Shown here piece by piece: positions 40,396 to 52,261 of a stretch of 64,000 nt of DNA. Within the stretch, counting starts at the first letter, position 1; each line of letters starts with the position of its first letter. Under the pieces are notes generated by a model, which saw only the letters and a list, made by a program, of their open reading frames with translations, searched no databases and was not told where the DNA came from. The position numbers and the translations under genes were made by a program. Source of the DNA: an uncultured Planctomycetota bacterium (GTDB taxonomy: Bacteria > Planctomycetota > Planctomycetia > Isosphaerales > Isosphaeraceae); contig CAWGMQ010000004.1 in the NCBI GenBank assembly GCA_963823665.1, forward strand, positions 3,011,606-3,075,605, written 5' to 3'.

Positions 40396-42306
40396 GACGC
40401 TGCCGACAGAATGCCGCCTGTGAATTGTCAGTGATGCACGCTCAAGCGGCCCAACAGCCTCCAAGATCAACCGAACAGCCGTGAGAACCGCGGAAAATCA
40501 TCTGAAAACCGTCCCACAGCCTCAGAACGAGCGCGCAGAGTCGCCCAGTTGGCCCAGATTCAGCTCCTTTCAGCGTCTGGGCCACTTCGCGGCTCACCCA
40601 CGCGCACAGCTTCTTCGACGCTGCCGCCCGTAGCACGTTCCAGCCCGCCACTTTGTGCAGGATCACACGGAACACACTCCCGCGGCCTCGCACTCGCAGA
40701 CGTTCCAACCTCAGCCGATTCTTCAAGCCGCTATTGGTCGACTCGATGCCCGAGCGCATCCTGTACCGCTCCGCGAATACCGGTGTCTCTTGTTCCCGGC
40801 GACGCCCAGCCATCCGATGATCCTTGTCACTGAAATCCAGCTCGTAGCGACCATCCCGCGTTTGGTGGATCGGGCACGACGTGCGGAACGGGCATCCTTC
40901 GCACGCTGCCGCCGCCATCTGGATTCGCGTCGTGCCTACTTCTTCGTTCCGCTCGACCACAAGCGGCATGTGCCCTTGCGGACAGGCTTCCACCCGCCCG
41001 GTCCGTTCATCCACCGCGAAGTCGTCCAGCGTCAGCGCCCCAGGGTCGCTTGCCGGCTCCCGACCGGGGATCGGTCCGACCAGCTCCACGCCGCGGTCCT
41101 CGGCCGCTTGTACGTTCTCGTCGCCGCAGTAGAGCGTGTCAGCCAGCATCTCCTCGGGCAACAACTTCGAGTCTTCGAGTTGATCGAGCATCGGCACCAC
41201 CGCCGTGCCGTCGTGCTCCGCGGCACCCTGCGGCAGAGCGCCTGTGATCAACTGCACCTCGTTCTCAGAGCTGCACGTCTCGGTGATCTGCACCTGATAG
41301 CCCTTACCTTTGTGGGCGTCGTAGCCGGCGCTGAGGTCGGACGGGTTCTGAACGCAGTCACCGCCGGTCTTGGCCTTCACGACAACTTTGCCCTCACTCA
41401 GTTCGCACTGCTGGCTGAAGATCGTGACTAGGGCCTTGTAGCTCGACCGGGCCGTCATGTCGGGACAATTGGCGAAGTGGTCGATGATCCAGCACAAGTC
41501 CTCGGCTGCTTGCTGCCGCGACCGCTGTCGAGCCTCGGCATCCTTGGCGGCGGCGAACAACTGCGATTCTGCCGGTTCGTAGCGCCGCAGAACTCCGCGG
41601 GCAACGCGGCGTACCGCTCAGGGGCATGCCGGATCACCTGGGTCAGGAACCGCTTGATTGCCACGGCCATCAGCTTGGTGCGACCAAAGCTGGCCATGTG
41701 AGAAAAGACGTGGGTCGAGTCGAGCCGCTGGCGGGAGATGTCGAGTTCGAGCTTTTCCGCCAGTCCAATCGTCACGTCGTGGAAGACCTGAGCGGCCAGT
41801 TCGTTCTCGCGAAAGAGCTTTTGGTAACGCTCGACCGTGCGCGACGACACTTCAACGCCGGGCTCCAAGTTAAGGGCGTATTGGACGTCGCTGCGGAAGA
41901 TGTAAGCCTCGGCGGCCTCTTGGGCGGTCCAGTCGAAGAAGTCGGTCATGAAGACCAAGCCGGCCATCGAGTACAGTTCCTTGGTGGGGGCTCCCAGTTC
42001 CCGGCTGAAATGCTGGGCCAGTTGACCTACGGGCATCAGTTTGAGGAGGACGTGTCGAAAGACTCCCTGCCAGCCCGAGCTGATGATCCGTTGACCGGCG
42101 GGAGGTATGACGCCCTCGAAGGGGTCGAACAGGCGGTTTTGCCGCGGGTCAACGATGTGGATCATGGCGGGCGCAACTCCTTTCGCAGGGGATACTTGAA
42201 TGTAGAGGTGCGCCTCGCTAGAGTCAAGGGAGAAATGGACATAAACTCAGATTTTACATTAACTTGCGCAGAAAACTAAACTCGACGAACTTTTGTCGGA
42301 GACGTC
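40396..42306 (-). mobile_element. IS1182-like insertion sequence
   Basis: Imperfect terminal IRs GACGctgCCGACA / GACGtctCCGACA; flanking direct repeat AGACCT at 40390-40395 and 42307-42312. Confidence 0.85.
40442..42165 (-). CDS. DDE transposase (IS1182/IS5-like), frameshift near 41590
   Basis: DSTHV, QNPSD..A.Y..HKGKGYQVQ, ADTLY, CEGCP..C, YRMRSGIES..S.LK; split over two ORFs. Confidence 0.85.
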
Positions 42307-43084
42307 AGACCTGGTTTTTTCGTATTCTCCCCGGCTGAAGAGAAGCCATCCCAGACAACGCCGGCTTACGATGAGGTTCGCGAGTTCACGCGGATCCGGC
42401 TTCAGGCGTATTTCTTCCTCTTTCGATTGAATCGCACGCGACAGAAAATTGATGCAGTCTTCAGTCCGCTCCATTCCTCCGCAAACCGAAGCGAGCGCAC
42501 GAAACTGCAATGTGCGGAGATTTCGAAGTTCCTCATTCAAAGGAACGCGACGAGCAAGCACCTCGAGCCTCGCTTGAGATTCGAGCAGCACGGCCAGTGC
42601 GTCATCGCCTCGTCGGGCCTGCTGTAATCGTTCGGCCAGGCGGGTCTCGACATTTACGAGGTGATGCGCCATCAACAAATCATCGGGTTGGCTCGTCGCC
42701 GACACGAGGAGAAGCTTCTTGACCCGTTCGAGGTAGTGGACAAGCTGGTCCAGACTCGTCGCTTTGGGTGCGCCGCCACGTTCGCCTATGCTCGAATCAA
42801 GCTCGGCGAGAACCTCGTTGGAGAGTCGCAAGTTCGCCTCCGCGCCACTCTCGCCCCCTCCGCCTGCCTCCACAGCACGATCGCAGCGGCGAAGCCGAAC
42901 GAGACCGTCACAGCGAGCGCCCCGCTAGCGCCGCGATCACCGGCCGCCCGCGGCACCACCGCCAGCTCTTCTCGACTGGCGACGCCGCCCGCGCCGCGAT
43001 CTGCCGCCCGTCCCTCCACCGTCCCAGGTCGTCAGCCAGCAAATCCGCCCCGCGATATCGCCGCCCAGGATCCTTCCCCAGGCA

Positions 43085-43225
43085 CATTTCGGGGACAGCA
43101 TTCCGGGGACACCATAACAAACTCTTCGACCGTCCTTTCGGGCCAGGTTTTTCCTTCATTCTCGGGACACCAGACCTCATTCCTCGATCGTCCCTTCGGG
43201 CCAGGTCAGGCTTTCAGCCTGACGA
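43085..43225. repeat. cluster of REP-like elements
   Basis: Two diverged copies of ATTC..GGGACACCA...TCGA.CGTCC.TTCGGGCCAGGT plus the palindrome GTCAGGCT-TTC-AGCCTGAC (43205-43223). Confidence 0.6.
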
Positions 43226-43269
43226 TTCTCCTCCACAAGTCTTGGGACACGCATCCCAGGCTCCCCGCC

Positions 43270-44021
43270 TCACGGACGTTTTTCGCCCCGTTGCCGGAAC
43301 TCACCGAGCAAAGTTTGGAATGCCGGGTCCTTGCGGATCGGCTCAAGGTCGGTATCGGTCTCCAGGCCCAAGACGTCCTCAAAGCCTCTGTTCTTGGCGG
43401 CGCGTAAGCAGTCGAGGGCCCTCTTGTTGTAATGCTGAATGGGAGCCGCGGCGCCGCCGCCGGCCGCGCGGGCGGCGCCGACGGCGAGAGCAAATCCGCA
43501 AGCGGCCCGGACGTAGATGGCTTCGTCCTTGGGCGGTATTCGCACGAGCTCCTCGGCGATCGTGGCAGCCCCGGCATGATGGCCGCACCGGGCCAGCGCG
43601 AGCATCAGATAGGCCTTCTGCAACTTTGCAGTGGGCTCTGTGTCGGGCCATCGAGTCTCGGATCGGGCTCGTGCGGCAAAGTCGTTGTAAGCGAGAAGGC
43701 GTGGGTGAGGCTCTTGGGCAACCCGACGTCGCCAAGCTGATCGAGTCGCTCTCGGGCCGACGGGTTCGCGATCAGAGTCGCCAGGCCCTTGAGGGCATCG
43801 CCGCCCCCACGCTCGATGTATTCGCCGGAAAGCGACTCGACTACGTCGCACTGCACCGGCGTGAGGGCACCCTGAGAGACAAGCAGCTCGGCCAGCGATC
43901 GTACTGGTTCGAGGGCCCGGGCCCGCAGCGCGGCCGGAATGACCGCGGGAGCGACCAGGTTGTTGTTGAGGGCGATCAGACCGAAAAGCACGTCGGCTGG
44001 TACCTCGCCAAGTTGATTCAT
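43270..44021 (-). pseudogene. Ser/Thr kinase-TPR gene with a large internal deletion
   Basis: Planctomycete kinase-type N-terminus (DVLFGLIALNNNLV...LAELLVSQGAL) joined out of frame near 43620 to a typical C-terminal end (AACGFAL...LETDTDLEPIRKDPAFQTLL). Confidence 0.7.
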
Positions 44022-45311
44022 GGTCTCTCCCGATCTGGCCCTGCTCAGCGACCAATGACCGGCGATTCGCCGGTCGCCCGGGCGCCGTCCAAGGCTCGTC
44101 GAGTTTCTCCGTCGACACCTCGAACGAAGATGGCGTCTTGGCGCGATGACCCGGATCATCACGTGTTCGTCGGGGAACGGCGCTGTCGGTGTATGATAAT
44201 CTCAATTTCCCTGTCGCGTCCACGAGCCAGTCGCTCGCGGGAGCCGGTGGCGCCGCGCAAGTTGTTGGAGTGCCGTCCTCGCACGGGATTCGCGAGACCG
44301 CTTCCCCCGAGAAATCTTAGAAAGTATTTGGCAGTGGACGGACGAGTCGATTAACATCTGCCAGCGAGACCGCGGGATGAACCGCCCATTTGAACGTCGA
44401 GTCCTTGGTAGCGTCACCAGAGAAATCAAGAAAAGGGGAGTTTCTCCACCACCAGCATCTCGAGACGAACGGAAAGGTTCTTCTCAATACACGCGGGTGC
44501 TCGTGGCATGAGCATCGGTTGTGCCAGACTGTCGTCGGCTGGCAAGGGCGCCAGGTTCGCCAGGCTTGGAGTGCCGAACAGAACGCGGGGCAAAAAAGCT
44601 ACACGGGAGGTAGTAACGATTCACGCCCCGTCCGATCCTGAAATTTCATCAGTCGTTGCGGAGATCGTGTGAACATCCCGGTGTTCGGGATTCGCTGATT
44701 TTCACCCGGTACTTGCGCAAGTGGCGTCTAAGGTCTTCGTATTTCTATTAGGCGGGCGATTGTCGGTCTGCGATAGCCCTGCGTGCAGGAAGACCGAACC
44801 CCGTAGGCGATTTCCGGTGGGACGCCCCGCGCCGTTTCGCGAAGGGAATCTGCGAGATCGTTGGTGGATAGCCGGGCGCGGCGTTGTGTTCCACCGTTCG
44901 ATTCGCGGAGAACTGCTCAACTCCTTGAGGTGCAACCCATGAGGCCAGATGCTCGCGGCGATCGTTTGCTCCGTCTTCGAAACTCGCGCAAACCTGTAGT
45001 CTGGATCGCACAGCGAACTGCGACAAAGGGAAAGAACAAAGGACCGGGAACCCGATCGCATCGATCTCGGACGGGATTCTTCGATGAGAGGTCGTGGGGA
45101 TCTCGAAGGGGAATCCGCGCACTCTGGCGTCGTGAATTCTTGACGGCATGGCTCTCTTCATCGTCACGAGGGGACGGTCGCATGGCAATCTCCGCGGCCG
45201 CCACGGGCTCGACGATCCGTACGAACAACGCACAACCGATCTGAGTGGTCACACGAGAGACAGAGGCGTTCAACAAGTTCCGCATCGTCCCAAAGGCTAG
45301 GGTGACTCAAC

Positions 45312-48300
45312 ATGAACCGTCTACCGCGAAGCGGGTTGATTGATACGGGTTCTTCACGTCGTCGTCGCTCGGCGGGGCGCAGGCGGCTCTCCAACATGTG
45401 GCCCTCGATCGAGGGCCTGGAGAACCGCACGTTGTTGTCGACGATCAGTTGGGACAGCGTCGACTATCCCACCGGCGGAACCTGGGACAATGTGTCGCAC
45501 TGGCAGGGGGGTGTTCTCCCGGGCACCGCCGACACCGCCGTGATCGACCTGACGAGCGGAACCGTCACCACCGGCGCAAGCGATTCCGTTCTCAGTCTGA
45601 TGACCAACTCGTCGACGACCGTGAGCGTGGCGAACGGCTCGCTGACCCTCGGCGCGGCCACGTCCTCGATCGAAGGGTCTATCGCCGTGAGCAGCACCGG
45701 TACCCTCGCGCTCAGCGGCACGACCTTGATTGGCAGCGGGTCCGTGACCGACTCCGGCCATCTCACCACCAGCAACAGCAGCACGGCTTTGAGCAGCATC
45801 AACATGGCCAGCGGCAGTACGCTGAACATTGGCAACTTCACCGTGCAGCCAGGTGCGACCCTGAGCGTGAGTGCCAGTGCCAGCGTGACGATGGGGCCGC
45901 CGTCGGCCGCCAACACGTACACGACGCTGACCGACAACGGCACGGTGAGCTTCGCCTCGGGCGACACGGTGGGCCTGTACTGCTCGTACAACGGCAACTA
46001 CGGCTACGTCTACGGGGCGCAGATCGTCGTCGGCAACGGCGGGTTGCTCCAGGCCACCGGCACCGCCTTCAACTCCCCCGGCTCGGACGGCATCGTGCTA
46101 CACCAACATCACCGTCAACGGCGGCGGGCATCTCCAGGCCAGCTCCAGCACCTTCGCCGTCGGCTATGTCGATCTCGTCGACGGCGTCGTGTGCAACGCG
46201 GGCGACTTGACGGGCGACGGGTTCGACTCGCCGCTCTACATCCCCGCCATCGACGTGCAGTACCTGGCCAACAACCTGCGGTTCCAGTCGATCGACGTCC
46301 AGGCGGACACGATCGTCAGCGGCGAGACGCTGGCGTTGAACTCCATCGGGACGCAGACCACGACCAACCTCCGCTACGTGTTCCCCGGCGGTCTGACGGT
46401 GAATCAGGGGGGGAGCGTGACCGTCGCCGCCAGCGTCCCGGTCGTGCTCTCGGGCGGTCTGACGGTGAACCAGGGGGGCAGCGTGTCGTTCGGCGCCAGC
46501 GACGCGGTGACGATGGGGCCGCCGTCGGCCGCCAACACGTACACGACGCTGACCGACAACGGCACGGTGAGCTTCGCCTCGGGCGACACGGTGGGCCTGT
46601 ACTGCTCGTACAACGGCAACTACGGCTACGTCTACGGGGCGCAGATCGTCGTCGGCAACGGCGGGTTGCTCCAGGCCACCGGCACCGCCTTCAACTCCCC
46701 CGGCTCGGACGGCATCGTCTACACCTACATCACCGTCAACGGCGGCGGGCACCTCCAGGCCAGCTCCAGCACCTTCGCCGTCGGCTATGTCGATCTCGTC
46801 GACGGCGTCGTGTACAACGCGGGCGACCTGACGGGCGACGGGTTCGACTCGCCGCTCTACATCCCCGCCATCGACGTGCAGTACCTGGCCAACAACCTGC
46901 GGTTCCAGGCGATCAACGTCCAGGCGGACACGATCGTCAGCGGCGAGACGCTGGCGTTGAACTCCATCGGGACGCAGACCACGACCAACCTCCGCTACGT
47001 GTTCCCCGGCGGTCTGACGGTGAATCAGGGGGGGAGCGTGACCGTCGCCGCCAGCGTCCCGGTCGTGCTCTCGGGCGGTCTGACGGTGAACCAGGGGGGC
47101 AGCGTGTCGTTCGGCGCCAGCGACGCGGTGACGATGGGGCCGCCGTCGGCCGCCAACACGTACACGACGCTGACCGACAACGGCACGGTGAGCTTCGCCT
47201 CGGGCGACACGGTGGGCCTGTACTGCTCGTACAACGGCAACTACGGCTACGTCTACGGGGCGCAGATCGTCGTCGGCAACGGCGGGTTGCTCCAGGCCAC
47301 CGGCACCGCCTTCAACTCCCCCGGCTCGGACGGCATCGTCTACACCTACATCACCGTCAACGGCGGCGGGCACCTCCAGGCCAGCTCCAGCACCTTCGCC
47401 GTCGGCTATGTCGATCTCGTCGACGGCGTCGTGTACAACGCGGGCGACTTGACGGGCGACGGGTTCGACTCGCCGCTCTACATCCCCGCCATCGACGTGC
47501 AGTACCTGGCCAACAACCTGCGGTTCCAGTCGATCAACGTCCAGGCGGACACGATCGTCAGCGGCGAGACGCTGGCGTTGAACTCCATCGGGACGCAGAC
47601 CACGACCAACCTCCGCTACGTGTTCCCCGGCGGTCTGACGGTGAATCAGGGGGGGAGCGTGACCGTCGCCGCCAGCGTCCCGGTCGTGCTCTCGGGCGGT
47701 CTGACGGTGAACCAGGGGGGCAGCGTGTCGTTCGGCGCCAGCGACGCGGTGACGATGGGGCCGCCGTCGGCCGCCAACACGTACACGACGCTGACCGACA
47801 ACGGCACGGTGAGCTTCGCCTCGGGCGACACGATGGGCCTGTACTGCTCGTACAACGGCAACTACGGCTACGTCTACGGGGCGCAGATCGTCGTCGGCAA
47901 CGGCGGGTTGCTCCAGGCCACCGGCACCGCCTTCAACTCCCCCGGCTCGGACGGCATCGGCTACACCTACATCACCGTCAACGGCGGCGGGCACCTCCAG
48001 GCCAGCTCCAGCACCTTCGCCGTCGGCTATGTCGATCTCGTCGACGGCGTCGTGTACAACGCGGGCGACCTGACGGGCGACGGGTTCGACTCGCCGCTCT
48101 ACATCCCCGCCATCGACGTGCAGTACCTGGCCAACAACCTGCGGTTCCAGTCGATCAACGTCCAGGCGGACACGATCGTCAGCGGCGAGACGCTGGCGTT
48201 GAACTCCATCGGGACGCAGACCACGACCAACCTCCGCTACGTGTTCCCCGGCGGTCTGACGGTGAATCAGGGGGGGAGCGTGACCGTCGCCACCAGCGTC

Positions 48301-51300
48301 CCGGTCGTGCTCTCGGGCGGTCTGACGGTGAACCAGGGGGGCAGCGTGTCGTTCGGCGCCAGCGACGCGGTGACGATGGGGCCGCCGTCGGCCGCCAACA
48401 CGTACACGACGCTGACCGACAACGGCACGGTGAGCTTCGCCTCGGGCGACACGATGGGCCTGTACTGCTCGTACAACGGCAACTACGGCTACGTCTACGG
48501 GGCGCAGATCGTCGTCGGCAACGGCGGGTTGCTCCAGGCCACCGGCACCGCCTTCAAGTCCCCCGGCTCGGCACGGCGTCAGCTACACCAACATCGCCGT
48601 CAACTCCGGCGGCCAGTTCATCGCCTCTCAGGGGTCGCTCAGCGTTGGGAATGTGTATCTGTATTCCGGCTCGACCGACACTTTGAACTCCGACGTTTTC
48701 TACTCGACGCTCGCGATCAACAGTGGGGCGTTCATCAGTATCATCGGGAACGACTTTAGCAACGCGTCCGTGGTCGCCTCGGGCACTTCCACCGCCACGA
48801 TCAACCTCCTCAACAACTACTGGGGCACGACGAACCCCACGACTATCGCCGCCAAGATCACGGATCACCACACGAACTCCAGTCTTCCCACCGTCCTCTA
48901 CACCCCATTTCTGACTGCACCACCGCCAGACCTGGGCGCGATCCAGGGTGTGGTCTTCAACGACGTCAACGGCAACGGAGTGCAAGACAGCGGCGAGTCC
49001 GGGCGTGGCCGGCGTGGTCGTCTACGTCGATGCCAACGATAACGGCGTCCTCGACGCCGGCGAGCTCAGCACGGTGACGCAGGCCGACAATCCGATCACT
49101 CCTGTGAACGAGGCGGGCGATTTCAGTTTCCCCGGCCTGGCGCCCGGCACTTACGTCGTGCGCGAGCAGGCCCCAGTGGGCACGATCGAGACGACTCCCT
49201 CGGCGTCTTCGGTCATGAACACCATCGACTTCGACGGCACCGGAGCCGAGTCGGGCATCACCGGTGCCGGCGTCAGCAGCTTCACGTACCACGGCGCCAG
49301 CTTCTCCGGCGGCACCATCTTCGCCGCCAGCCAGTCGGCCCTGCTCGCGTCGGGCGCCCTGGCCTATAACGCCACTAGCGGTAGTGCCCAGGTCAATTTC
49401 AGCCTGCCCATCAGCTCCGTCACCTTCTTCTACGTCTCCGGTGACGGCTTCGCGGCCGGCACCGCCACGGCCTTCGGCCCCGACGGCACCAACCTCGGCT
49501 CGGTGAACAGCAACCCCGCCACCACCAACGACGCACCGGGCAACTTCGTGACCCTGAGCTTCGCGGAACCCATCGCGCAGATCACATTCAGCGGCGGTGT
49601 CGTCGATAACTTCAGCTTCACGACCGTGGCGAACGATCAGGCCGAGTTCGTGCACGTTACCGCAAGCCAGACCGTCAGTGGCATCAACTTCGGCAACCAG
49701 AGCACCGTCGCCTCGACCGATCTCGTGGCCACCAGTGTGACGACGACGACCACCGGCTTCACCGCGACGTTCAGTGCGCCGCTGAACCCGAACGTCCTCA
49801 ATCTCTACGACACCAGTACCATGGGGCCAGCCGACGCCACCCTCGTCGGCCAGAGCACCGGCCCGGTCACGGGGTCGCTGGTCTTGAGCGCCAACAACAC
49901 GACCATCACGTTCATCAACACCGCCGGCCTCCTCGCGCCCGACACGTACACGATCACGCTGAACAGCGGGGCGAACGCCTTCGTGAGCACGACCGGCGCC
50001 CTGCTCGACGGCAACGGCGACGGCATCCCGGGCGACAACCTCACGTCTACCTTCACGGTCAATCCCCTGCCCAGCAACGCGGTCGTGGTCAGCATCCCGA
50101 ATTTCACCCGGGGCTACGGCCAGCCGGTGAACGTGCCCGCCTCGAGCACGGCGGGCCTGCCGATCACGCTCAGCACCGGCGAGGACGTCAGCGGGGTCGA
50201 CCTCACCCTCCTCTACAATCCCGCGCTCTTGACGCTGAGCGGTTTCACGACATCGATCCCCGGCGCATCGGCGCTCTTCAACGTGACCACTCCCGGCACG
50301 GCGATCATCACCATCAGCAGCCTGGGCCAGTTCAGCTCATCGGCCGGATCGATCACCCTGGGCGACCTGACGGCCTCGGTCCCCGACAACGCACCGTACG
50401 GATCCAAGGAGATCCTCCAGATCACCAAGCTGTCGGTCTTCGATGATTCGGCGACTCCTCAGCCACTGCCCTCGGTGGCGCAGGACGCCATTCACATCGC
50501 CGCCTACTTCGGCGACACGAATGGCGATCAATCGTACGACACGCCGGACGTCACGCTCGAGCAGCGTTATATCGGCTTGGTCAACAACGGATTCCCGGCC
50601 TTCCCGCTGGCCGACCCCGCTTTGATCGGGGACATTACCGGAAACGGATCGATCCAGGCCAACGACACGACGAGCATTCAGCGCGTGATCGGACAGGTGA
50701 ACGTCCCGAACGTCCCTGCCCTGCCAACGGGCCTGCCTGCTGCCCCGAGCGGTGGCCCCGACCCGACGATCTTCATCCCCAACGTGAGCGGCAACCCGGG
50801 AGATACCGTCACGGTCCCCGTTGAAATGACGGTCACGGACGGCACCGGCATCACCGTCAGCGGATTTCAAGTCGCGATCGCCTACGACCCGACCAAGTTG
50901 ACCGTGAATTCCGCCTCGCTTGGGGCGATGTTCCCAGGGGCTCTCGGGTTCGCCCCCGTGTTGACGTTCCCTGCACCTGGCCAGTTGATTTTCAACGCCG
51001 CGTCCGCAACGGGCACGGGCACGATCCCGACGGGCACGACGACGGCGCTCTTCACACTCAGCTTCACCGTGGCCGCCGATGCCGCGGCGGGGCCCACGGT
51101 CATCAACCTACTGCAAAGCATCTCATCGACGACCACGGCGATCTTCGCCAATGACGCTGAACTCTCGCGGCTCAGTCTCTCTCCGGCCCCCTCGAACGCC
51201 TCTTACGATTCGATTGACGGAATCTTTGAGATAGCAACTCCCGCACCGAGTGGTGATGCGAGCGCCACCGGGGTCTCGGGCCGCTCGGGCTCGCAGTCCA

Positions 51301-52004
51301 CGCCCCCCCAGGGCAACGTGAGCGTCACCGGCGCCTCGGTCCGGTGGGGCTCGCAGTCCGCGCCCCTCCAGACCGCGGCGGACGGTCTGCGACTCCTTCC
51401 GGCCGGACGCAACCGCGACTTGCCCTGGTTCAACATCAACCAAATCGTTCTGACGCTCAGCGGGCCCGCCAACGTGAGCCCGGGCGACGTCACGGTCATG
51501 GGAATCACGGGCGGGACCTACGGCCCGGTGACGATCTCCGGATCGGGGACAAGCACGATCGTCATCACGCTCGCGAAAGGCATCACAAGCGCGGATCGGG
51601 TAACTGTGACGATCGCGAACAGCCAGATCGCCAGCTATACGAGAAGACTCGACATTTTGCCCGGTGACGTGAACGACGATGGCATGGTCAATCGGACGGA
51701 CGGCGATCTTATCCTCAAACACGAGACCCCGGCCCACGCATATCGTGCTTCTTTCGACCTCAACGGCGACCACACCGTGAACTCCGGCGACATCAAGCTG
51801 GACCGTGCCAGGGTCGGGACGAAACTGCCGCGCTTGCGAACTCCGGCCGAAACCCGAGGTCGAAAAGCGGCAGTAGCCTCGCGCGCGCTCGATCGGCGCG
51901 CTTCGGCGATCGCCGGCGCGTTTCGAAAAGCGGAACTCGGGGACGACTCCGGGCCTGGACCTGATTGCCGCTTGGGTGTTGCGGCCAACGTCAGCATCTG
52001 CTGA
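45312..52004 (+). CDS. giant extracellular repeat protein 1 (about 2230 aa): LEPR-XLL-type signal, beta-helix repeats, SdrD-B-like domain, cohesin/dockerin-like modules
   Basis: IEGLENRTLLS; three +1 indels near 46097, 48572 and 48998 join the ORFs; VFNDVNGNG..D.GE; dockerin-like GDTNGD..GDITGNG and GDVNDDG..DLNGD; the true end may extend to 52194. Confidence 0.85.
45884..48570 (+). repeat. about 4.3 near-identical 621-bp (207-aa) coding tandem repeats
   Basis: GTGACGATGGGGCCGCC recurs at 45885, 46507, 47128, 47749 and 48370. Confidence 0.95.
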
Positions 52005-52261
52005 GCCGTCGGACCATCCGGTCTCGGCCGCCCTCGCCGACGAGGTGTTCTCAGCCGCCGAACACGACCTTTTGCTTCGGCCGCTTTCGACACTCGCCGC
52101 GCTGATCGATGCTGACAGCAAGACCGTGGTGAGGCGGGCCACGGCACCGGAGCAATCACGACCGCATCGCGTGCCGCTTTTGACGGGGAAATGAGCGCCG
52201 AGCGAACCTTGAGCCGACAATTGAGGCGCGCCCTTTGTCTTAGCACGACTGGAGAGCAATC

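Larger units (their letters stand above)
39746..43090 (-). pseudogene. remnant of a Ser/Thr kinase-TM-TPR gene, interrupted by an IS
   Basis: Kinase C-terminal CLGKDPGRRY..ADDLGRW..G..IAAR..WRWCR.RP, then a TM helix and a helical/TPR region; kinase N-terminus absent; frameshifted. Confidence 0.75.

Noticed and set aside
44790..44885. cyclic di-GMP-I riboswitch upstream of the giant surface protein
   Set aside because: Only partial resemblance (GGGACGC, ATAGCCGGG); the GCAAA and GAAA-tetraloop features are missing. An Rfam search would settle it.
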